Shown one piece after another: positions 48,619 through 57,832 of a stretch of 64,000 bases of DNA. Under the pieces are notes generated by a model. That model searched no databases and was not told the DNA's origin. It worked only from the letters and a program-made list of their open reading frames with translations. The DNA is from a virus (lineage: Duplodnaviria > Caudoviricetes): IMG/VR virus record IMGVR_UViG_3300041964_000148. The stretch is one strand, 5' to 3'. The stretch's first letter is position 1. Each line of letters opens with the position of its first letter. A program made the position numbers and the translations under genes.

Positions 48619-48951
48619 ATGATCCTAACCAATACAGACTACATAAGCTTGGGTTCAGCCCCAAGTTCGGAAACTTGTGCCGCCCTTTGTGCTCCCAATT
48701 ACGAAGAACAGGTAGCCAAAGAATGTAAAGTTTACATTAGCTATCTTAAGCGTCTTTTCCCAATCCCAGAAAGTTTGAATGGGGAAGTAGGATTTAAAAA
48801 GAAGTCGTTTAGTCACGACTTCGGCACTTACTACGAAGTATGCGTAGTCTATTCCGTAGACAACCCAAAAGCGCAAAAATATGCCAACAAGGTTGAAGGG
48901 AATATGCCAGAAGACTGGGACGAACAAGCAAAGGAGGAACTAGCAGCATAA
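48619..48951 (+). CDS. Conserved phage hypothetical protein
   Basis: LGSAP..E.CA...HDFGTYYEV motif, with its own leader and terminator. Confidence 0.65.
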   Translation: MILTNTDYISLGSAPSSETCAALCAPNYEEQVAKECKVYISYLKRLFPIPESLNGEVGFKKKSFSHDFGTYYEVCVVYSVDNPKAQKYANKVEGNMPEDWDEQAKEELAA

Positions 48952-49059
48952 TAGCTGCTCTGCCTATTAATATTTAGCAAAACACCCCACTGATCACGAT
49001 GATCGGTGGGGTGTTTTTTGTTTGTAACGGGCTTGGTCTGAGGTAGGATTGATTTAACT

Positions 49060-49761
49060 TTGAGGGAACGATTGCACACCAAACCCAAACTCAAAATATC
49101 TATGAAAGGTTTTGGACAACCATTGCACACAAAAGACTACAAAAACGTTTATCAGCAAATAGACTTTTTAGTTCGCAGCGTAAAAAGCGGAAGTACTCGT
49201 GAACATATACCAATGTTTATGACCTCGTTGAAGCGAAAAACCGTCCTTTCTCAGGTCATAAACGAAATCGCTCAACGCTACCCCGAATACTATCTACAAG
49301 CAATGATGATTGAGCAAACGCCGTGTGCGATTGTCACTCCTCTTGTAAAAAATGACAAGTTCTCTTCATACACATGGACTGAGTTGTCATCACGAACAGG
49401 CAAGTGGCTAGTAATGGCTTCTCCACCAGGGGCATGGGATTGTCGTTGCTTAACAGTGTGGAAAGAGGAAGATAAGGCTAATGAAATTTGCGAGTCAATA
49501 TTTGACCGTATATCTAGGATGCCGTTATTCGACTGGCAAAAAGGACGCGGGGAATACATGAGGTTACTTAGGTCGCTACCGATGGATGACGATTCCATTA
49601 TTGGATTAATTGACACGAAAACGGGTAAAACCATCAATTTTGATAGCCAAATACAAGAGCGACTTCTTCCCATTTGGAACCAATCACTAATTGGAGATAG
49701 CGACGCTGGGAACCAACTAAAGGCGGCGCTCAATCAGTTAAGGCACGAAACCTTGGATTGA
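49060..49761 (+). CDS. Hypothetical protein (probable start at MKGFG)
   Basis: Long ORF in a plus-strand run. Confidence 0.55.
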   Translation: MRERLHTKPKLKISMKGFGQPLHTKDYKNVYQQIDFLVRSVKSGSTREHIPMFMTSLKRKTVLSQVINEIAQRYPEYYLQAMMIEQTPCAIVTPLVKNDKFSSYTWTELSSRTGKWLVMASPPGAWDCRCLTVWKEEDKANEICESIFDRISRMPLFDWQKGRGEYMRLLRSLPMDDDSIIGLIDTKTGKTINFDSQIQERLLPIWNQSLIGDSDAGNQLKAALNQLRHETLD

Positions 49762-49836
49762 ACTGAGTTGATCTTGATGATTAGCACGGTGTTTTTGTGG
49801 CGCTTAAAATTAACTTAACTTTGAGGGAGCGATCGC

Positions 49837-50337
49837 GTGTTCACCCAACAAGAAAAAGAGACATTGCTAGAGGGCATCCAGCTTCTGGATGCCTTCATTT
49901 CCTCACCAGAGGAACAGAAAAGGCTAACTGAGTTAAGTACCAAGGTAACTGTGGCAGCCAGTCCCCAACCCCCTGCCCTTAGCCAAATAGAGCAATTTGA
50001 AAGGGCGTGTATCGATAACGGGTTTGGTTATCGCAATAAGGAAAATGCGATCGCCAAATTCAGGGAAGAATTCGAGGAACTCCTTGTTGCTATTGAGTCC
50101 GAATCCAAAGAAAGACAGGAAGAAGAACTAGGCGATCTGCTGTACGTAATTGCCAGTGTCTGCCGTCTGTATGAGTTGAGTACAGGCGCAGCGGGGCAGA
50201 AGATCATTACCAAGTTACAGAAAAGAATCAGGTTGATGGGAATGCTTTCCCCTGTCCCTTTGGGCGAACTCTCGGATAAGGCTCAAACAAATTTGTTGAG
50301 GATCGTCAAGTCGTCACAGGAGGTACAAAATGACTGA
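49837..50337 (+). CDS. mazG: MazG-like nucleotide pyrophosphohydrolase
   Basis: KFREEFEEL..AI......QEEELGDLLY...KL.KR. Confidence 0.8.
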   Translation: MFTQQEKETLLEGIQLLDAFISSPEEQKRLTELSTKVTVAASPQPPALSQIEQFERACIDNGFGYRNKENAIAKFREEFEELLVAIESESKERQEEELGDLLYVIASVCRLYELSTGAAGQKIITKLQKRIRLMGMLSPVPLGELSDKAQTNLLRIVKSSQEVQND

Positions 50338-50842
50338 AGAATATACTCAATTGTCGTTAATTCCAGGGACTGCGCCTCAGAATTTTATTGCCCCACTTGC
50401 CCCTGAGCAGAATGAACCAAAACCTGTAAAATCTAAGTCCAAAAAGAGACAGCTTCGACAAGGGGATTGTGTGGAGACACCATCTGGGGCAAGAGGGATT
50501 GTAATGCTAGTAAGTCCACTAGGAGATTGCTATGTAGAGGTGGGAGGGAATCCCTTTATCTACCTGCAATCCGACCTAACCCGATTGCCTATATCAGTTA
50601 TTTCCCTGGAGCTGACCCTGCACCAAATAGGTATCGAACTGTATGCCTATCGCAAGGCACTTTCCTCGACAGTTGACGAGGAAATTAGGGCATCTCTAGA
50701 AAAGGCATTGGCAGTGAGAGAAAAGTTCTTTCAGGTTGCCAAAAGGGAGTATCAACTACAGTGCGATCGCATCAGCATTTATGACGGTAGACGCTCTAGA
50801 GGCTTTGTTATCCCTTGGATTAGCTCAAGTCATGCCTACTAG
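50330..50842 (+). CDS. Hypothetical protein with an SH3/KOW-like segment
   Basis: LRQGDCVETPSG.RG.V; overlaps the mazG stop. Confidence 0.5.
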   Translation: MTEEYTQLSLIPGTAPQNFIAPLAPEQNEPKPVKSKSKKRQLRQGDCVETPSGARGIVMLVSPLGDCYVEVGGNPFIYLQSDLTRLPISVISLELTLHQIGIELYAYRKALSSTVDEEIRASLEKALAVREKFFQVAKREYQLQCDRISIYDGRRSRGFVIPWISSSHAY

Positions 50843-51254
50843 GTAGGGTGTCTCTTGATCTAGCTAGGCTTCGGTTCACCTAGCGGAAACAGGAAGCCAC
50901 TAGCACTTGCCGTATCTGACATGACAATCGTTTTCAGGGCATTCTGCCCACGATCACATCTAAAAGTCAGCCTATCACGAAAAAGCCGAGTCCGTTCTTC
51001 TTTGTCCAGAACCCGTTTGCCATAATCTAAACTCAGTTTAATACCTTTTACTGGAACAGCTTCTGCTGCTCGGTTTGCAGCTCTGAAACTTTCTTGTTGG
51101 CGAGAACCCAGGTTATTTGACTTCCCGCATTGACTGCGGGAAGTTTCATCTTTGTTATACCTTGTTTCAATGTTGCCCTGCGCTAATTCCAGACAAAAAA
51201 AGCCCAGACTCTTAAGAGCCTGGGCTTATGTTTGTTCAACCACCAAGAAGGTTG

Positions 51255-51644
51255 TTAGACGCTTAATACGCGACTAATCGTTTCGGCGGTAAATTTATAC
51301 TCCTGACCTGTCTCCAGGTTTTTGGCGAGTATGGGGTACTTGCTGGAACGAATTTTTGCTCCCACAATTTTATATAGTTTGCCTTCTAGGCTGAACTCTT
51401 GTCCCAAGTGTTCGGGCTTCAACCCCCAGATTTCGGCATAGTCCTGGAAATCTTTAGCCTCTTTCCGGAGGACTTCTCCAGTCTTATCAACCACAGCACC
51501 TTCTATTTTTGCGGTGAAGTGTTGACCTGAGAAAGAACAGTTTCCTAGTTTTAGTCCTATTTTGTGCCTGTGAGCGATCTCAGCAAGAGCTTTGTTTATC
51601 TCGACTGATAAGGTTTGGAGATTTGATTTTGTAAATTGGTCCAT
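51255..51644 (-). CDS. Conserved phage hypothetical protein
   Basis: LG..F...G..YKIVG...RS.KYPI......G..YKF. Confidence 0.65.
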   Translation of the reverse strand: MDQFTKSNLQTLSVEINKALAEIAHRHKIGLKLGNCSFSGQHFTAKIEGAVVDKTGEVLRKEAKDFQDYAEIWGLKPEHLGQEFSLEGKLYKIVGAKIRSSKYPILAKNLETGQEYKFTAETISRVLSV

Positions 51645-51767
51645 GTTACGTATCTATGTGTGGATACTACAATTGTAACATTTCAGTAATACACAAAAAC
51701 GTATCACGGTTCTCCGTGACGAGCGATATTTCAACATCCCCCCCTCAAGGGGGGATGTTAAGTGGAG

Positions 51768-52587
51768 TTAGTTATCAGTTTTTTTGATCATATCTGCGAC
51801 CTCACTCCAAACAACACCAATAGCTTCTGCTGTGCAGCCCCTCTCCTGTAGTCCCTTCCATGTTCCGGAAGAGTACCTGCGATTAGTAATCTTTGGCAAA
51901 AACTCATCCATCACCTTCACAGGTAATTTGAACTTATTACACAGTTCTCCTAAGTGCCTTGGAGCAAACTTTCCATCGCGTTCAACAATCTCGTTGAATG
52001 CGGCAAGGATAGCCTCGCGATCGCTTTCCAGTATTTCTTTGCGCCGAGAAAAGTAGTCCTTGCCGCGCAGTCCATACAGCCTGTGTTGTGTCATTTGCGA
52101 TCGCCTATTAATTCTGAATACGGAATTTCACTGGGTCTTCTTCCTGTTCTCCATGTTCTATTAAGCCAACTTTCAAGGCTTTTGATTGATTGTTCTCTAT
52201 CCTCAGCAGTGCCTCGAATAAATTCCATCAAAAGCTCAGACTCTACCCTTTTGTTTCCATTCTGAAAAAACTGAAGTTCTCCCTCTAGTTTTAAGAAGCG
52301 CATGAGTTGGTCTTTGCTTATTGTTCCATCTGTCATTATTGTTCCATCTGTCATTCGTGATCGTCCTCCTCGGTCAATTCCTGTGACTGCCCTGCATCGA
52401 CAAAAGCCTCATTTGGCGCTGGCGTCCCCACCTTGATCAGCAACCAGCCAATCCGAATGGTGTACCCGTGCCTAGTTTCTTGCTGCCATCTCCAGTAAGA
52501 AAAGAACCCGAACACTCCAATGGCAGGGAACTTACTCCAGTCGAAAGCAAGGCTTGGCTTTAATTCTGATTTCGGCTTAATGTTCAT
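51768..52587 (-). CDS. Three coupled small hypothetical genes (51768-52094, 52091-52354, 52351-52587)
   Basis: ATGA stop/start overlaps; HIP1 sites just upstream of two of the starts. Confidence 0.55.
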
Positions 52588-52634
52588 TTGCGATCGCGTT
52601 GCGCTGTTTGTAGCAGCGCAACGCTTTATTTTTA

Positions 52635-53492
52635 CTAGTTTGGGTCTTTAAGGAACAAAGATCCGGGTAGATAATTAAACAACTCTGTGAGAGTTTCTTT
52701 CAAGATTTGTCGGCGCGATTTACGAAGTCTGGTTAAATCCAGATGAGGATCATCATGGAACCTCACCACACCCTTTTCCTGAAGGGTTTTGCCGACTGTA
52801 TTCTTAACAAAACCACCCTCTTTTGCTGCCGTCTGCTCAACAAATTCCAGTGGAAACCCTACTGCGTCAGATTTCAGGTACACAATTACTCCCGTCTTGG
52901 GGACAAAGAATAGAGCGATCGCATAGTCAACATATTCACCATCAATCAGTTCAATCCCATTTTCAATGGCAAAGTAGGCTTCGCCTCGTGGATCTATTTG
53001 CCATGCAGACAGCGCTCTATTGACAGCTCCCCGCAGTATTTCTACCTCACCTACTGGTTGCTCGTTAACTCCCGACTCGGCTCCCTTGATTCCTATAACA
53101 GCCGCATTAAGCTGGGATTCGTTTACAGCGTCCTGTAAAGCACCAACTTTGACCTTACTTTGACTACCCAAGAAGAAACTAATTGGACTATTTCTGACTT
53201 TAAGAGATGGTCGGGGTTTTTCTGCTTTTAGTCTTGCTGCTTTTAGTTTTTCGGAAACACGATCTTGAAGACTTCTCGGAGGATTTTCTAAATCTGTTTT
53301 AACGCCACATTCAGGACAATCAAAAGTGACAAAGTAATCTGTCTCGTCACGAACAGTTGAGCTTGTTTGATACAAATCTTCCTCGTCTACTAATAATTCT
53401 GCTCCACAACCTCCACCTCCGTTCCCTTGCCCAGTGCATATAGCCTTTGTACTCCAGCCTTTTTGTCCTGAACCTTGTTTTAGTACTTTCAT
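52635..53492 (-). CDS. Zn ribbon fused to a YjjX/DUF84-like inosine-xanthosine triphosphatase
   Basis: C...GCGAEL...CPECG, then LGSQSKVKV.A, SGVNEQP, GA.NRA, AIENGI. Confidence 0.8.
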   Translation of the reverse strand: MKVLKQGSGQKGWSTKAICTGQGNGGGGCGAELLVDEEDLYQTSSTVRDETDYFVTFDCPECGVKTDLENPPRSLQDRVSEKLKAARLKAEKPRPSLKVRNSPISFFLGSQSKVKVGALQDAVNESQLNAAVIGIKGAESGVNEQPVGEVEILRGAVNRALSAWQIDPRGEAYFAIENGIELIDGEYVDYAIALFFVPKTGVIVYLKSDAVGFPLEFVEQTAAKEGGFVKNTVGKTLQEKGVVRFHDDPHLDLTRLRKSRRQILKETLTELFNYLPGSLFLKDPN

Positions 53493-53544
53493 GGTTTCAC
53501 CTAATTACTACTAAGTTCTTGGTTTCTTGTTAACTATCTAGAAT

Positions 53545-55230
53545 CTATAGTCCTCCTAGTAAATGCTCACTTTGTCTGTAGTCAGAGTGTGCTTCGTCTA
53601 CATCGAACTCGATGCCAAGAGAGTTAGGATGCCCCATTGAACCAAGATAAAGCTTTACTTCTATTTGGTCGTCTTTGAGTCCAGGGAAATCAGACTTAGC
53701 AATAGCTGCCAATACCTTTACATCCTCAAATGTTTTTACGTGCGAAGCCGTTATCTGGCAACGATGCTGTTTTTGCCACTTCAATAATATGCGGTCAGAT
53801 TTTTGTGTCATTTCTTCACCTCGTAAATGTTTTCACAATCAATTGCGATCGCCTCACTAAAGACTGGCTAAATAGTCTCTAACTGCATTCTTAATCTCTA
53901 ATTCGTCCTCAGTAGCTCTCCAGTCAGTCCACATATGCAGTCTCTTTGCCTTGGGGCTTTTGTTGTTTCTGTAATAAAACACATCGAGCGTCTGAGTTCT
54001 GATTGTTTCGGTAACTTTCGCCTGGTTAATGAGGGGATAGCGAATGTGGACTATTCTTATTTCTGCCTTAGTTATTTCTGCCTTAGTCATTTCTTGCCTT
54101 CAGTAATTAGGATTCAGCCAGTTTACTTAAAAGGGAAAACGCCCTCAGACTAGCGATTTTGATCAGTTCGGACTTAGCTTCGTCGCCTAAAGACTGAAGC
54201 TTGCCGATGATTCTGCGCTTGTCTTCCTCTTCCAGTAACTCTTCTAGTACCGGAATCATGTTGGATGGCTCTAGCTTCACTCGACTGCGCGAAGACGCAA
54301 TCATCAAGGCGTCTATGTCTCTTTCGATTAAGTGAGATTCCTGAAGTTGTCTTTCAACTTCAGGATTAGTTGATGGGGCAAAAGATGCTCGGAAATCGTT
54401 AATTAATTGTTGCTCTTCTGGTGTCATAAATTTGTTGAATGGTATGTGGGCAAGAACGATAGTGGGCGATCGCAGCATTGGGCAAATCCGAGCCGTAGTC
54501 ACTATGGCTCGGATTAATACTCACAGCTTGCGAATGTTTTGGTTCATGATTTTGGTCTGTGAAAAAAGAACATTAAGTCACCCGAATAGAAAATATCATC
54601 ATCGTCTTGTTCGACTGGCTTAACAATTGGAAGAAACTGAGTTGAATGAAGTCTCCACCCATCTTTTGCATACTCGTTCATAAATTCAGTTACGAGCGTT
54701 GAGGCTGTTTCTTCGTTATGGCATAGTTTAACGGCAAGGTACTCTTCTTTGACTGGACTACGAGTTTTCTCTGCGTCAGCCTTCTCTTCTTCTTCTTTAA
54801 CGAGGCGATTGAATTTCTCTTCATGTGATTCAACTGACATTGTATTCCTCCGCTACTTTTTGATGGGATACTATATGTCAAGAAAAGTACTTTTTGGAAT
54901 AGCTAGCCACCCATCGGCAGGTAAAATTCCCCCCCTATCTTTGGGAATGGAAAGAGCCGCACCTTTTTCGTCGGTAAAATGCAACTGACAACTAGCACAC
55001 CCCTCAAATTTCCAAGTTCCGTAGTTCGCGTATCTCATTCCAGTGCCGACACTATCGGCAGCCGCAAGCTCGTAATATTCGCCTATTTTTAGTGAAACTG
55101 GGATTGCTACGGGTGTTAGTTTTTCGGGCGGCAGTTCATCCGGTAATGCATCATCGTCGATATTGTATCCTTTGTAGGTCATAGCTTCCTTAGTAACGCA
55201 GTAAAATGATTGTAACAAATACGGTATCAT
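53545..55230 (-). CDS. Run of five small hypothetical genes (53545-53811, 53857-54090, 54107-54502, 54544-54840, 54871-55230)
   Basis: Co-oriented, densely packed ORFs; no motif recognised with confidence. Confidence 0.5.
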
Positions 55231-55313
55231 CTATGAGCCAACCAAAATTACAGCCTGATTGGGCGGCGATCGCAAACTGATCAATAGTAATGGCCCCGTA
55301 GCCACATCCTCTT

Positions 55314-55347
55314 AGAATCCCTCGTCTTTTAAGCGAGGGAGATGTCA
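55314..55347 (+). mobile_element. Orphan IS200/IS605 right-end-like hairpin
   Basis: AGAATCCCTCG-loop-CGAGGGAGATGTCA resembles cyanobacterial IS605 right ends. Confidence 0.5.
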
Positions 55348-55380
55348 TACTAAGGCTTAATTCGCCAAGTTTTAAAGCAG

Positions 55381-55650
55381 ATGTTGGATCTTGAAGAGTT
55401 CGGTGTCACATGGAGAGAATTGTCCGAGATCTCTTATAGCGCGACAAGTATATTAGAAGAAAACGCCCCCAGGTGGGACGAACTAACTTATCAGCAACAA
55501 TTACTTATTGAAATAGGCTTGCGCCAAGTACAAGCTGCCGCTAATAGACAAATCAAGTCAGCAGAGTATTGGCGCGATTTTGTCAAAAATCGATTGGAAA
55601 CGAGGTTAATGGTTTCAGGGGCAAGCAATCAGAGGGATAGATTGAGATAA
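55381..55650 (+). CDS. Hypothetical protein
   Basis: Coupled to the endolysin by a 1-nt overlap. Confidence 0.5.
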   Translation: MLDLEEFGVTWRELSEISYSATSILEENAPRWDELTYQQQLLIEIGLRQVQAAANRQIKSAEYWRDFVKNRLETRLMVSGASNQRDRLR

Positions 55651-57146
55651 TGTCGCCAATTTCGCTCTCTGCCCTAAAACCCGAATACCAGAAACTCTGG
55701 GACACCTGCACTATCAACCCAGAATCTAAGAAAGAAGCGGAAGGAATAGTAGCCCGAATACTCGCTCAGAAATCTCGCTATCAATCTATCGCATCCTCAA
55801 TCGGCTGCCCCTGGGAATTTGTTGCCGTAATTCACAACATGGAGGCAAGCTTAAACTTTAACTGCCACCTGCACAACGGTGATCCGCTTAGTGGGTATAC
55901 CTACAACGAACCCCCCAATCGTCCAGCTCATGGTAAGCCACCTTTCACTTGGGAAGAAAGTGCCGAGGATGCGCTGAAGTTAATGCAAATAGATCAAGTC
56001 AAGGATTGGTCAGTTACCGGGAGACTGTTTCAAGGAGAGCAATATAACGGTTGGGGATACCGCCTATACCATCCAGAAGTTCTAACCCCTTATTTGTGGA
56101 GTGGAACTAGCCATTACGTCCGAGGCAAATATGCCTCGGATGGCTACTTTGATCGAAATCTAAAAAGTGAACAAATAGGCATCGTGCCATTGCTCAAGCT
56201 CTTGTCAAGCAACGCGAACACCCAACAGCAACCTATTGCAAAAATGACGACAGAATTATTAAAGGGCGGCGCTTGCAAGTTGCGGATAGAGAAAGATGCA
56301 TACCTTACTCAAGCGCCTATTCCAGCACTAGAGTTAAAGACAAGCGATCGCATACTTCGTGTTCGGGCAGGGACTATATTGCCCGTACTAGCTTGGCGAC
56401 AAGTAGGGGCAGGATTCCTGGTCGTGACCTTTGGCAAAACCCTTCGAGGGTACAACACCTGGCACGTCAGAGAAGAGGATGTAAGAATGTCGCCCCTCGT
56501 GCCCAAACTCCCGGTTCAAATTGCGGCGAAGCCAGTTGTTCCAGGTGATTTATCCAGTTTGCCGGGGGACAAAATCATCCGATTCCTGCATAGCCGCGAC
56601 TTCCGGGTCCGGGCGCTCAACATCGTGTACCTCGTTGGCGCTTCGGCAGAGGACTGGTCACCGATACCCAACTTAGTAGATGGCTGGAACGACGTTCGTT
56701 GCGTGGTTCGCGACAATGGCGAGGTACTTGGGAGCTGGCAAGCAACGACAGATCCGGGGGAACATTACCTAGAGAATCCCATGAACCCACTGGGATGCGC
56801 CATTGTCGCATTAGGGCAGCACAAAGATGCTTGGGAGATTGGGGAACACAAAGCTGGACATTGGGGATTAGTTCAGTGTGGAGATCTAGTAATTTATCGC
56901 GACCAGCTCGCAACCGGAGTGCGATCGGGTCACACTGTTCGGGCAGGGGCTGAGTGTGGACTGAACCACCACGGGACTGGCGAACGAGATGGAGACCCAA
57001 ACTCAATCGGGTTTTGGAGCGCTGGTTGCTGCGTTGGGCTGTATCGAAAATCTCACGATAAATTTATGGATTTGTGCAGACATTCGGGCAACTCAACTTT
57101 TGACGCTACCCTGATTGATGGAGCAACACTATACAACTTTCGTTAA
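55650..57146 (+). CDS. Endolysin: lysozyme-like domain (COG5526 type) plus a C-terminal L,D-transpeptidase-like domain
   Basis: HNMEASLNF..HLHNGDPL, YNGWGY, PYLWSGT.HY..GKY..DG; C-terminal GLNHH...WSAGC.V. Confidence 0.8.
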   Translation: MSPISLSALKPEYQKLWDTCTINPESKKEAEGIVARILAQKSRYQSIASSIGCPWEFVAVIHNMEASLNFNCHLHNGDPLSGYTYNEPPNRPAHGKPPFTWEESAEDALKLMQIDQVKDWSVTGRLFQGEQYNGWGYRLYHPEVLTPYLWSGTSHYVRGKYASDGYFDRNLKSEQIGIVPLLKLLSSNANTQQQPIAKMTTELLKGGACKLRIEKDAYLTQAPIPALELKTSDRILRVRAGTILPVLAWRQVGAGFLVVTFGKTLRGYNTWHVREEDVRMSPLVPKLPVQIAAKPVVPGDLSSLPGDKIIRFLHSRDFRVRALNIVYLVGASAEDWSPIPNLVDGWNDVRCVVRDNGEVLGSWQATTDPGEHYLENPMNPLGCAIVALGQHKDAWEIGEHKAGHWGLVQCGDLVIYRDQLATGVRSGHTVRAGAECGLNHHGTGERDGDPNSIGFWSAGCCVGLYRKSHDKFMDLCRHSGNSTFDATLIDGATLYNFR

Positions 57147-57158
57147 AAATTAGAATTT

Positions 57159-57617
57159 ATGCCTACTCAGCAACTATCTCCTTCTCAATGGGTCGTTGAT
57201 ATTTCTGCCCTTTCCAACGCGGCAGGAAATTTCCTCTCCTTGGCTGGAGGCACCATAACTACAGTTGTTTCTGTTGCAGCAGTCGCTGCTGTAGTGGGAA
57301 TTTGCGTTATTAACAACAAAGATTTACCCCCTTGGGCGCAGGTAGCCTTGGGGACAGGTACTGTAGCTGGGGTTGTTTACGATCCCAAGAAAGATCAGAC
57401 AAGAATTCATCAAGAATTCCAGCAGCCAGTGGACAATGCCTCAATTGCCACAGCACCCAATTCCTCCACAAATACAGAGCTGCGAACTGCTCCTGATATC
57501 AGCGTAATGCGATCGCAACCTTCCCCACCTCCCGATCCTGAATGGTTACAGGATAGTAACGAGTTGGACGACAGTGGGGAATGGTTGACACCTAAGGAAC
57601 TTGCAATGATGGGTTAA
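57159..57617 (+). CDS. Membrane protein after the endolysin, possible holin
   Basis: One or two TM segments followed by an acidic disordered tail. Confidence 0.45.
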   Translation: MPTQQLSPSQWVVDISALSNAAGNFLSLAGGTITTVVSVAAVAAVVGICVINNKDLPPWAQVALGTGTVAGVVYDPKKDQTRIHQEFQQPVDNASIATAPNSSTNTELRTAPDISVMRSQPSPPPDPEWLQDSNELDDSGEWLTPKELAMMG

Positions 57618-57832
57618 GGTGTTAAATAGTAACAGTAGTAACGTATCCACGCTGTCCTGACGGGCATCGTGGTTTTTAATGCGTGTTTCGTAGTAAATTT
57701 GAAAACGATCGCATCCTTTGAGACAAAACGCCGGATGCGATCGCTATCCACACACATAAGGAATAAAAACTCATGTCATAACAATTATATCGGCGTATTA
57801 TTTTTCGGCAAACTCCTCACCACACACACACT

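Noticed and set aside
51117-51149. Hairpin ACTTCCCGCA/TGCGGGAAGT as an IS end
   Set aside because: Equally consistent with an ordinary terminator, and no linked transposon sequence.
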